Below are positions 7,520 to 15,753 of a stretch of DNA of 54,227 nt, piece by piece; the first letter of the stretch is position 1; the number at the start of each line of letters is the position of its first letter. Made by a program: the position numbers and the translations under genes. The stretch comes from a virus (Duplodnaviria; Caudoviricetes): positions 1-54,227 of IMG/VR virus record IMGVR_UViG_3300032249_000551; one strand, written 5' to 3'. Under the pieces are notes generated by a model. The model had not been told where the DNA came from and did not search any database. It worked only from the letters and a program-made list of their open reading frames with translations.

Positions 7520-7939
7520 TTAGATACGTCCGCCATCTCGTCCATTTTTGACGTAAGACTCTTTGCTAGGGTCAAACTCAGGAAAACTTCTTTTTATAGC
7601 TTTTAGATTATCATCTTGACCAAGTACTGAGGCGACTTGACCCTTAACTTTGAAAGCTTTGCCCGCAAAGATGGTCTTATCACCATGAGCGTTCTTAGGA
7701 AACTCAGTTCCCTCAGCAGGCTCTACCTCATAGACGTTGCCGTGGTGTACTGGGTACTCGCCACCGTCGTTTGCTCCGTAACCACTAATCACTCTACTTT
7801 GGGCGTGCTTAAGTGCGTAATCTAAATCAGAGGTAGCCCAAGCCGTTCCGTGCTCAGTTCTTGATTTAATAACATCCCCTGGCTTGAGAGTCTCAATGGT
7901 CCCGTGGAAGAGGGCGCTAGAGAGGTTATTCTGACTCAT
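7520..7939 (-). CDS. Arr-like (rifampin ADP-ribosyltransferase fold) ADP-ribosyltransferase
   Basis: LFHGT...LKPGDVI, AWATSDLDYA..HA, GNVYEVEP: motif order of the Arr-type ART fold. Confidence 0.7.
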   Translation of the reverse strand: MSQNNLSSALFHGTIETLKPGDVIKSRTEHGTAWATSDLDYALKHAQSRVISGYGANDGGEYPVHHGNVYEVEPAEGTEFPKNAHGDKTIFAGKAFKVKGQVASVLGQDDNLKAIKRSFPEFDPSKESYVKNGRDGGRI

Positions 7940-7964
7940 AAGCCAATATTACGGCTACTGCCTT
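7940..7964 (-). promoter_or_regulatory. Leaderless promoter: AAGGCAGTAGCC box + TAATAT -10
   Basis: Minus strand AAGGCAGTAGCC-G-TAATAT-TGGCTT-ATG. Confidence 0.6.
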
Positions 7965-8128
7965 ACTCTGTACCCCTCAACCATGGCTGAGCCCTGGGGG
8001 TTCCCTGCGGAAAACACGCTTAACTGTGGGGGTCATTTGTGCCAAAAGATTATTATTTATTAACGATTACATTCACAACTTGTTTCTTAAAGAAGTATTT
8101 ATTGTTCTATCTCCGCATAAATAATTAA

Positions 8129-8592
8129 AATAACTATTGTTTGATAGCAACTTTGATAGCGAGATTAAATAACTATTGGCTACTGCTTATTTTTATCGCA
8201 ATCTTTGTGCGGATACCACCAGACTAAACACCAACTTTGCAAGTTGTAATCAGGTATAAACAACTAACTAAATACATTGTGTATCACTAACTATTTACTA
8301 TGTGATTACAAGTTATGTATTCAATAGTTATGTAAATACATTCATTCATCACACTAATAACTATTCTCTTATCTATCTCTTATTACTTATTCTCTTATGT
8401 ATTTATTACTACTCATTGTTCTTTTGCATAAGGGGGCTACGCCCCCTTGCACCCCCACTCATTCGCAATAGTTATTAGCACTTGCAATCTGCAAACAGAT
8501 AGTTAAAGAAACAACTAACAATAAATAACTATTAACTAATCTTCTTTTACTTGACACTTCAGTTATTCCTGCACCTTCTATTAAATAACTAT
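8129..8592. repeat. Dispersed AATAACTAT repeats in AT-rich non-coding DNA
   Basis: Direct copies at 8129, 8168, 8356, 8524, 8584; inverted ATAGTTAT at 8324 and 8468. Confidence 0.7.
8430..8448. other. GC-rich hairpin AAGGGGGC-TAC-GCCCCCTT in AT-rich DNA
   Basis: Perfect 8-bp inverted repeat followed by GCACCCCC. Confidence 0.75.
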
Positions 8593-8785
8593 CTATAACT
8601 TCTTTTGTATTTGTTTCTTATTTAATTTATCTGTTACTACTTATGTTTATTTATTCTTTTGTTATTACTGAAAATAAATACACAAAATAACTTTGCGTTT
8701 CTTCTTTTGTATCTCTTATCTATCTACGGACAGCGCACCGAATTACTCATAAAAAATTGCGTTATTTATGCGTAAGACACGCGAG

Positions 8786-8815
8786 TTGCAGACCCCTGCC
8801 CCTATCTGTTACGCT
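8786..8815 (+). promoter_or_regulatory. Sigma-A/70-type promoter of the plus-strand block
   Basis: TTGCAG (8786) - 18 bp - TACGCT (8810) with extended TGn; predicted TSS near 8822. Confidence 0.6.
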
Positions 8816-8821
8816 TGCGCC

Positions 8822-9200
8822 AGCAAGTTGCTCTCCCGAATGGGACAGGCGGTTAGCGAAATAAACAAAAGTTAGTTTTGTTTTTTTATTTTGTATGCAA
8901 CGCAATCGTGTGCGTTATTAAATAAAACAAAATAAATAAATACAAACTTCTTTTGTGCAAACTCGCTACGAAATTATTTACTGCTTGTATGTATTACATA
9001 CAACACTTCAAGTGTGCAAGTGGTAAATAAAAATAGAAACTATAAATTGAATGATGTAATAACTACGCAACTGCGACAAACTCAAATGGTTATTACTAAG
9101 TGACATTGTTTCTATCTTGCAAATTATTTAATTACATTCTGCTATTCACTAATTGTTATGAGCGATTAGTGAATAGCGGTGTGCAATTAACTTGCACTAA
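8822..9200 (+). ncRNA. Putative structured leader/ncRNA (about 380 nt, four consecutive long stems)
   Basis: Stems 8854-8968, 8974-9030, 9033-9115 and 9118-9196; the last has a 17-bp core with G-U pairs on the plus strand; no ORF. Confidence 0.6.
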
Positions 9201-9231
9201 CAACTAACAACTAATACGAATGGAGTAACAA

Positions 9232-9621
9232 ATGACAACAACAACTATCGCACCTGTAATCACTAACACAACAACACGACAGACAGATAGAAAACAAAAA
9301 CACACAATTACTTTCAACGATAAGTTTCGTGTGAATGTTACAACTATTCACGACAAAGAACGCAAGGCGTATCGCACTTATGTTTCTGTTGTTACTTTTG
9401 AGATTAGTAACAACTTTGTTATTGAGAAGTCAATCGGTTCTATCTTTGGTGGTTTGTACGCAACTGTTATTCGCACTACGCCATGCAATCGTTTCTCTCA
9501 ATCTTCTTTTGACATTGAGTGTGCAAATGCTCGCAACGATTACAACGCACTTAGCGGTCACTATGAACAACAAATAACTGCACTACTAAACGACAAGGAG
9601 TTACTAAGTGAAACTAATTAA
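9232..9621 (+). CDS. Hypothetical protein, first gene of plus-strand block
   Basis: 129 aa; GGAG RBS preceded by CAACTAA repeats. Confidence 0.8.
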   Translation: MTTTTIAPVITNTTTRQTDRKQKHTITFNDKFRVNVTTIHDKERKAYRTYVSVVTFEISNNFVIEKSIGSIFGGLYATVIRTTPCNRFSQSSFDIECANARNDYNALSGHYEQQITALLNDKELLSETN

Positions 9622-9751
9622 ACGATTACTAATTGCAATCATCTTTATCGTTGTTATTGCTTTCTTGTTTGATGTAACAACACCTGCTGAGTGCAAAAAT
9701 AAATCGGTTGAACAACTATCTCAATTCTGCATTGACCTTCTTTATCCTTAA
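9608..9751 (+). CDS. Small membrane protein (47 aa)
   Basis: GTG start with AAGGAG RBS; MKLIKRLLIAIIFIVVIAFLFDVTTPAECKNKSVEQLSQFCIDLLYP. Confidence 0.65.
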   Translation: MKLIKRLLIAIIFIVVIAFLFDVTTPAECKNKSVEQLSQFCIDLLYP

Positions 9752-9797
9752 TCACTTGCAATCTTCTTTAACAACTAATAAGAAACGGAGTAAATAA

Positions 9798-9911
9798 ATG
9801 TCAGTACCTACCGCAACAATAGATGAACAAGGCGTGACTATTTTCTTTGATGAAGATGTTACTTCTTACTTCCAACTCGTATCGTTACTGAATAAAAAGG
9901 AGAATAAATAA
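9798..9911 (+). CDS. Small hypothetical protein (37 aa)
   Basis: ACGGAG RBS and the shared start-associated motif. Confidence 0.55.
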   Translation: MSVPTATIDEQGVTIFFDEDVTSYFQLVSLLNKKENK

Positions 9912-10172
9912 ATGCGAATTAAAATCGTTAAAGATAATCACCCAAGCAACGAAGAACTAATTACTTCAATGTTAATTGCAATTCAATTCTTAAATCCTGA
10001 ACACGAAAAAGAAGATGTGTTATCGGGTGTCTTGCAATTACTAAGTGAAATCGTTGATAGAAAGAAACTTCTTTTACTTGCAGATAGCGTGTGCAATTCT
10101 GCAAGTAATAAGTTTGATGAAGTTAAATCGCTATACGAAATGTTCCAACTAGACACCGACATAAACAACTAA
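9912..10172 (+). CDS. Hypothetical protein
   Basis: 86 aa, AAGGAG RBS. Confidence 0.7.
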   Translation: MRIKIVKDNHPSNEELITSMLIAIQFLNPEHEKEDVLSGVLQLLSEIVDRKKLLLLADSVCNSASNKFDEVKSLYEMFQLDTDINN

Positions 10173-10197
10173 CAACTAACAGAAACGGAATAAATAA

Positions 10198-11556
10198 ATG
10201 ACATACGCAATTCTTATCTCAGGTCAAGTAAATACAACAGATACAAAGCAAGTAATTATCGCAAGTCATAACGGCAACACTCATACCTTCATGCGTGTAA
10301 CAAATGGTGGTCGTGGTGAAAGTAATTCATGGAGTGCAAGAGAGTTAGATGAACACAACTCAATCGGCACACTTGATTACAACTTAATTGGTGAAGTGCT
10401 ATCAACACCACTAACAAGTGTTGATGAAGTTGCACTTAACAATAACGAGATACCAAATGTTTTAATACAGAAACTTACAAAGCAGTATCGCTTACGCAAT
10501 CTAACAATAGATACAACACGCACTATCCAAAGTGTTGTTGATGAAGTGCAGGTACTAATTGAACAAGACCCTGCACTATTAAGTAAGTATCGCTCTGACG
10601 GCAGAAGCGATAAGCACGCCACAACTAAGACCGAAGGGACAAAACAAATGACACCACGCAACACAATCAACCCAATCGCTAACGAAGCAATAGTGATTAA
10701 CAAAGTAGAACGCAACGATAAAGAAGAACGCACACTTGCGTTCATACCTTCTTTAACAAGTGAAGCGGTACGCACTTATGTACCACGCACTTTCGCTGGC
10801 AACTTAACAGAAGACCAACTCTATACATACGCATTGAAGTCAAAGAAGAATGTATCTATTCAAGGTCATGCAGGTACAGGCAAGACAACTTCTTTAATGA
10901 CATTCTCTGCAAAGAATGGTTTGGAGTTTGGTTCAATGAGTTGTAATGCAGGTGTAGAGCCTTCACAATTCTTTGGTCGTTATGTTCCAAATGCAGAAGG
11001 TAAGTTGGAATGGCGTGACGGATTATTTACGCACTTCTTTCGTAATGGTGGAGTGTTAGTAATTGACGAAGCGAACTTTCTTCCACAGAAAATTGCTTCT
11101 GTATTACATGGTGTTCTTGACGACCGCCGAGTATTAACTTTGTTAGAGCATGACGGCGAAGTTATTACTGCAAATGAAAACTTACTTATCGCTATGTGCT
11201 ACAACGACGGCTACAAAGGTACTTCTAAGTTTAACGAAGCGTTCGCAGACCGCTTTTGGATTAAGTTAAACTTTGAGTACGACACCGACATTGAAAAGAA
11301 GTTTATTCCTTCTAAAACTTTGTTGGAACTTGCAACTTCAATGCGAGCAGACACAATCGCTGGCACTTATGAAACACCTGTATCAACTCGTTTGCTAAAG
11401 CAGTTTGTTGATTTAGCACAGAACCTTAGTTACGACTTTGCAGTTGATAACTTTGTTAATAACTTCCGCGAAGATGAACGCTCTAGCGTGAAACTTCTTT
11501 TGGACTCTCAACGACACAACTTGGAACTAGAACTTATCGGAAAGGTGAGTGAGTGA
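10198..11556 (+). CDS. MoxR/CbbQ/CobS-type AAA+ ATPase
   Basis: Walker A GHAGTGKT, Walker B LVIDEAN, W.DG motif, NEAFADRF, VSTR sensor 2; about 150-aa N-terminal extension. Confidence 0.9.
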   Translation: MTYAILISGQVNTTDTKQVIIASHNGNTHTFMRVTNGGRGESNSWSARELDEHNSIGTLDYNLIGEVLSTPLTSVDEVALNNNEIPNVLIQKLTKQYRLRNLTIDTTRTIQSVVDEVQVLIEQDPALLSKYRSDGRSDKHATTKTEGTKQMTPRNTINPIANEAIVINKVERNDKEERTLAFIPSLTSEAVRTYVPRTFAGNLTEDQLYTYALKSKKNVSIQGHAGTGKTTSLMTFSAKNGLEFGSMSCNAGVEPSQFFGRYVPNAEGKLEWRDGLFTHFFRNGGVLVIDEANFLPQKIASVLHGVLDDRRVLTLLEHDGEVITANENLLIAMCYNDGYKGTSKFNEAFADRFWIKLNFEYDTDIEKKFIPSKTLLELATSMRADTIAGTYETPVSTRLLKQFVDLAQNLSYDFAVDNFVNNFREDERSSVKLLLDSQRHNLELELIGKVSE

Positions 11557-13535
11557 CAATGAGTACCTTCTTTATAGAACAACAAGCAGAACAAGAAAAG
11601 AAGCAAGCACTAAAGCGCAAGCGCGTTGGTGCGTTAGCAGGTGTGTTCTCTAAAACTCTTTCGGTATTAACAACTCACAAAATTAGTGTGAATGTTGTTG
11701 ATAGAAAAGACATTGGCGCACCTGCTTATTCATCTACAAAAGAAGTTTGGTTGAATGTTGCTCACATAAAAGATGACTTCACACCAAATGCAATCGCTAG
11801 TTACAACGGACTTGCGTTCCACGAATTAGCACACTTGCGATTTACTCCACGCAACGGCTCACGACTTGTTCAGAAGATTAAAGATGAACAAGCACAGAAT
11901 GAATTGTGGGAAGCGTTCAACTGTTTAGAAGATAGTCGTATTGAGTTTCTTCTTACAGGTTGGTTGCCTTCTACAAAAGCGTGGCTTGTTGCAACTATGT
12001 GTGACTACTTGCTCTCTGATGAAGAAGCAATAAGTCGTGCGTTCCCACTTGTTTATGGTCGCAAGTATTTACCTGTTGAATTGCGACAACTAGCAAGTGA
12101 CAACTTTATTAAGCCTGAGATACAACAAGAGATAGCAAATGTTATTGACAAATACAATGCGCTATCTCTTGTCGGTAATGAGAATGTTGATGTTGCTTTC
12201 AATCTCATAAAGAAGTTTGCAGAACTACTTAGTGAGTTACCTGCACTTCCACAATCACCACAAAGCGGTGAAGGTGAAGGCACAACAATTACTATCCGTA
12301 TCAAAAGCCCACATGGTCACGAAGGCAGACCAACACAAGGCTACGAGTCAAGTTCTGTGCGCCCTGCAACTAAAGAAGAACAAGAGCGTGCTAAGAAGAA
12401 CGCACAAAAGAATGTTGTTGAAGTAATCATAGATACAACACCAAAAGAAAATACAAAAGAAGATGTGTCCGAAGGGACAAACTCTGATACACCAACACAA
12501 TCAACACCAACACAATCAACACCAAAAGATAATTCTTTTGATGATGATTTTGAGTTTGATGATTTTGATTTTGATGATGATGTTGATGATGATGTTCAAT
12601 CACCTTCTACACCAAAAGAAGGTGGCAAGGGTATCGGTAACGAAGCAGGTAAAACAGGTAGCAACAATCAAGTAACTGATTTACTTAATGACATTCTTTC
12701 TGATGTTGTTAAAGAAGTTAGTAAAGGTATCAACGACATAGCAAAGCAACTCGGTGTTGATACACAACTTGACGGCGGTAACGCTAGAACTCCTAACAAA
12801 GCAGATTACAACGAAGTGCGTATTCCCGAAGAACTATCTTTGCTTGCAAAGAAGTTTGGACTTGAACTAGAACGCTTACAAGCAGAGTATGACCCTGCTT
12901 GGTTAAATGGTGAGCGTTCAGGAAAATTAAATGCAGGTCGTTACTTACGCGGTGACGAATTAGATACTGTGTTTGATGAATGGTCAGAGGGTCGTGATGA
13001 TGTTGTAAGTATTGAAGCGGTTATTCTTTTAGACCGAAGTGGGTCAATGAGTGGTCGTAATGCTGACAACGCTTACAAATCTATGTGGGCAATCAAGAAG
13101 GCACTAGAGCGTGTAGAAGCGCGAACAACTGTTGTTACTTTTGATAGTCGTACCAATCTTCTTTATGGTGCAGATGAAAAAGCAGGTACAACAATCAGAG
13201 ATGCTGGTGCTGACGGCGGTACAAATCCAAACGACTCACTTCTTTATGCAAAGCGTGTTCTTGCAGAGAGCGACAAAGCAATCAAGGTTCTATTCATGAT
13301 TACTGACGGCGCATGGAATACAGAAGAAGGCGAGAAGGCAGTTACAGACATGAAGAACGCAGGTGTTCTTACTTGTCAGGCACTTATCTCTAACTATGCA
13401 CACACCGCAGAGGACTTAGATAACTACCGACATTCTTTTGAGTTAATGACTTCAATGCAATCTGCAAAAGACATTCTCACTCTCGGTAAGAACTTAGTGC
13501 GACTTGCAATCACACGCAATCTAGTTAATGCGTAA
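11553..13535 (+). CDS. VWA-domain protein (CobT-like partner of the AAA+ ATPase) with N-terminal HExxH domain
   Basis: FHELAH and N.LED.RIE; acidic linker; MIDAS DRSGSM, GGT, ITDG. Confidence 0.88.
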   Translation: MTMSTFFIEQQAEQEKKQALKRKRVGALAGVFSKTLSVLTTHKISVNVVDRKDIGAPAYSSTKEVWLNVAHIKDDFTPNAIASYNGLAFHELAHLRFTPRNGSRLVQKIKDEQAQNELWEAFNCLEDSRIEFLLTGWLPSTKAWLVATMCDYLLSDEEAISRAFPLVYGRKYLPVELRQLASDNFIKPEIQQEIANVIDKYNALSLVGNENVDVAFNLIKKFAELLSELPALPQSPQSGEGEGTTITIRIKSPHGHEGRPTQGYESSSVRPATKEEQERAKKNAQKNVVEVIIDTTPKENTKEDVSEGTNSDTPTQSTPTQSTPKDNSFDDDFEFDDFDFDDDVDDDVQSPSTPKEGGKGIGNEAGKTGSNNQVTDLLNDILSDVVKEVSKGINDIAKQLGVDTQLDGGNARTPNKADYNEVRIPEELSLLAKKFGLELERLQAEYDPAWLNGERSGKLNAGRYLRGDELDTVFDEWSEGRDDVVSIEAVILLDRSGSMSGRNADNAYKSMWAIKKALERVEARTTVVTFDSRTNLLYGADEKAGTTIRDAGADGGTNPNDSLLYAKRVLAESDKAIKVLFMITDGAWNTEEGEKAVTDMKNAGVLTCQALISNYAHTAEDLDNYRHSFELMTSMQSAKDILTLGKNLVRLAITRNLVNA

Positions 13536-13540
13536 TCAAA

Positions 13541-13567
13541 TGGGGGCAATCAAATCGGTTGCCCCCA
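13541..13567 (+). terminator. Intergenic stem-loop (terminator or processing/stability hairpin)
   Basis: TGGGGGCAATC-AAATC-GGTTGCCCCCA; no U-tract on the plus strand. Confidence 0.5.
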
Positions 13568-13595
13568 ATAACAAAAACGAAACGGAGTAATACAA

Positions 13596-14177
13596 ATGAA
13601 ACTATCTGAAATTAAATTAAATGGTGAGTATGCAATCGTTCCTTCATGGACATACAACAATAAATCTTCAAGAGATGTAGATACTGTACGAGAGAATGAT
13701 GTTGTTAAAGCAACTATCTATTCACTTGATAAGTATGAGTACGAGCCAAGCAATCGCAAAGACTCACCCAACTTTACAAAAGCACAACAAGGCAATCGTT
13801 CTGTTGGAATTATTGTTAAGGCAGTAGATAACAATGGCAAAGAGTATTACTGGACTTCACGACTTGCAGATGTTATTGCAGAGTGGTCTGTGCTTGAACC
13901 TAAGTGGAACTCTGCAAAGTCTAAAGAAGAAGCAGAGCGACTCTTGCGTGAAGAAGCGCAACGCAAAGAGCGTGAGTTGCGCCGACAAGTAGAAGAAGAA
14001 GTAGAACGCTCTCGCGTATCTGTTGTTGCTACTTCTAAAGACTTGTTAGGAGAACAGACAACTGTTGAAGTAACTACAAATGGTTACGGATTAGATTACA
14101 AAGCAAGTGTAAATCTTTCTCTCAAAGAGTTTGAGTTGTTAATTGAAATGGCGTTCGCTGGTAAGGAGAACTACTAA
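13596..14177 (+). CDS. Hypothetical protein with central coiled coil
   Basis: 193 aa; GAAACGGAG RBS. Confidence 0.8.
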   Translation: MKLSEIKLNGEYAIVPSWTYNNKSSRDVDTVRENDVVKATIYSLDKYEYEPSNRKDSPNFTKAQQGNRSVGIIVKAVDNNGKEYYWTSRLADVIAEWSVLEPKWNSAKSKEEAERLLREEAQRKERELRRQVEEEVERSRVSVVATSKDLLGEQTTVEVTTNGYGLDYKASVNLSLKEFELLIEMAFAGKENY

Positions 14178-14320
14178 TGCAACTGGAACTAACTAACACA
14201 GAAATCGCAGTAATACTTGAAGCGTTAGGTAAGGAGAAGGCTTACCTAAATGCTCATGGTCACAAAGAGTCTGCTCACAAAGTGAGTGACCTTCAATCAA
14301 AGATAAAGAACGGAGAATAA
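14177..14320 (+). CDS. Small hypothetical protein (47 aa)
   Basis: MQLELTNTEIAVILEALG...; TAAGGAG RBS, TAATG coupling. Confidence 0.6.
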   Translation: MQLELTNTEIAVILEALGKEKAYLNAHGHKESAHKVSDLQSKIKNGE

Positions 14321-14321
14321 A

Positions 14322-14717
14322 ATGGGACAAGAACTATTAGAACGCACAGGTTGGGTCAAGAAGCCACGAAAGTATTTTGTTGCTACCAATAGCAAGGGAT
14401 ACAGAGTGATACGCGGTAGCGCAGATAGAGATTACTTCTATTGTGTAATCGCAAAAGAACTTAATGCGTGGGGTTCTATCTATGCCTCATTCTCTGCAAC
14501 AGAACACAACGCAAAGAAGTATTGCAAGACATGGAACAACAGAGAAGCAGACCGCTATGAGGTTGTGAAGTGTGTGCAGGTAACTGCTAAAGAAGTAAGA
14601 GCAATCAAAAAAGAAATTGCTTTAGAAGTAATCAAATACAAAGAAGAACAAGAACGACTACAACAAGAGTCCGCAGGGACAAACCCATGCACAGAATACG
14701 AAAAGGAGAATAACTAA
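14322..14717 (+). CDS. Hypothetical protein
   Basis: 131 aa; ACGGAG RBS. Confidence 0.75.
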   Translation: MGQELLERTGWVKKPRKYFVATNSKGYRVIRGSADRDYFYCVIAKELNAWGSIYASFSATEHNAKKYCKTWNNREADRYEVVKCVQVTAKEVRAIKKEIALEVIKYKEEQERLQQESAGTNPCTEYEKENN

Positions 14718-15424
14718 TGGCAACACTATCTACACACCGCACAGGCGGTGCAAGAGGCGCAAATGGATACGGAGAGTATCAAGTGCGCTATGCAAGTCCT
14801 AAGCAACAAATCTTCTTAAAGACACTACTGGAAACAAAGGCACATTCTTTTGGAGATGTAGATGTCGCAACACTTAATGTGCAAGGTGCTGGAGAACTAA
14901 TCACTAAGTTACTTGCACTACCTAACAAGGCTGGAGTTGTTGTTGCACCAAGTGAGAAGCAACTTTCTTTTGCAAAGTCGCTAACTGAAAAGAAAGAAGG
15001 CGGTGTTGATACTCTCAATCACTATCTACGCAATCGCAAAGTATCTTCTTTAGAAGAACTAGACCGCAAAGATGTGTCAGAGATTATTAACGCATTGAAG
15101 TTTGCAAAAGAAGTTACACCGCCAATCAAGATTACAGAAGTTGGTGCTTACATACTTGACGGAATTGTTTATTCAATCCGACAGAACTCTGAAACAAAGC
15201 GTTGGAGTGTTTGGACTTACTCTGATGTTGCAAAGAAGTATGTACGCAACGACAAAGAGTTTGGTGTTATCTACAAGTTAGATACAACAGACCGCTTAAC
15301 ACTAGAACTTGCTATTAAGTATTCTGCACAGGTTGGTATCTGTGTGCATTGTGGCAAGACCTTAACAGTATTGAAATCTGTTGCTGGTGGTATCGGACCA
15401 ATTTGTTCTAAAAGATACAACTAA
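14717..15424 (+). CDS. DUF6011-like Zn-finger protein
   Basis: C-terminal CVHCGKTLT...S...GIGPIC; two (A/P)S(P/E)KQ helical repeats. Confidence 0.7.
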   Translation: MATLSTHRTGGARGANGYGEYQVRYASPKQQIFLKTLLETKAHSFGDVDVATLNVQGAGELITKLLALPNKAGVVVAPSEKQLSFAKSLTEKKEGGVDTLNHYLRNRKVSSLEELDRKDVSEIINALKFAKEVTPPIKITEVGAYILDGIVYSIRQNSETKRWSVWTYSDVAKKYVRNDKEFGVIYKLDTTDRLTLELAIKYSAQVGICVHCGKTLTVLKSVAGGIGPICSKRYN

Positions 15425-15438
15425 GGAAGGAGTAACAA

Positions 15439-15750
15439 ATGTTAATAAGTGAGTTAAAAGAACTTATAGCAAATTACAAAGATAGTGACTCTGTTGTTGT
15501 TGCGCTATGGGATAAAGAATGTTTCAAGGCGTTAAATACAGAAGCACGAATAGTTACTGACAGAGAGTGGAACTATGTTGCCGAAAACTTTAGCGTGCAA
15601 ATGCACGACCAAATGTTAGGCGCAAGTATTCGCGGAGTGTTAGAAAACAAAATGCAATCAACTGATGAAGCAACAGAAGTGTTTATTGCTGACTTCATGG
15701 AACAGTACCGAACAGGTACAACAGAAGAACAACTATGGGACAAGGAGTAA
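15439..15750 (+). CDS. Hypothetical acidic protein (probable paralog of next gene)
   Basis: AAGGAG RBS; ends EQLWDKE. Confidence 0.75.
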   Translation: MLISELKELIANYKDSDSVVVALWDKECFKALNTEARIVTDREWNYVAENFSVQMHDQMLGASIRGVLENKMQSTDEATEVFIADFMEQYRTGTTEEQLWDKE

Positions 15751-15753
15751 CAA

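Noticed and set aside
7940-9231. tRNA, tmRNA or protein genes in the long non-coding region
   Set aside because: No cloverleaf or T-loop GTTCRA context and no credible ORF seen; no tRNA recognised elsewhere by eye, but tRNAscan-SE/ARAGORN would be needed to exclude them
12489-12600. 15-bp tandem repeat and GAT/TTT-rich tract as a DNA element
   Set aside because: Explained by the TPTQS repeat and Asp/Phe-rich linker typical of CobT-like VWA proteins
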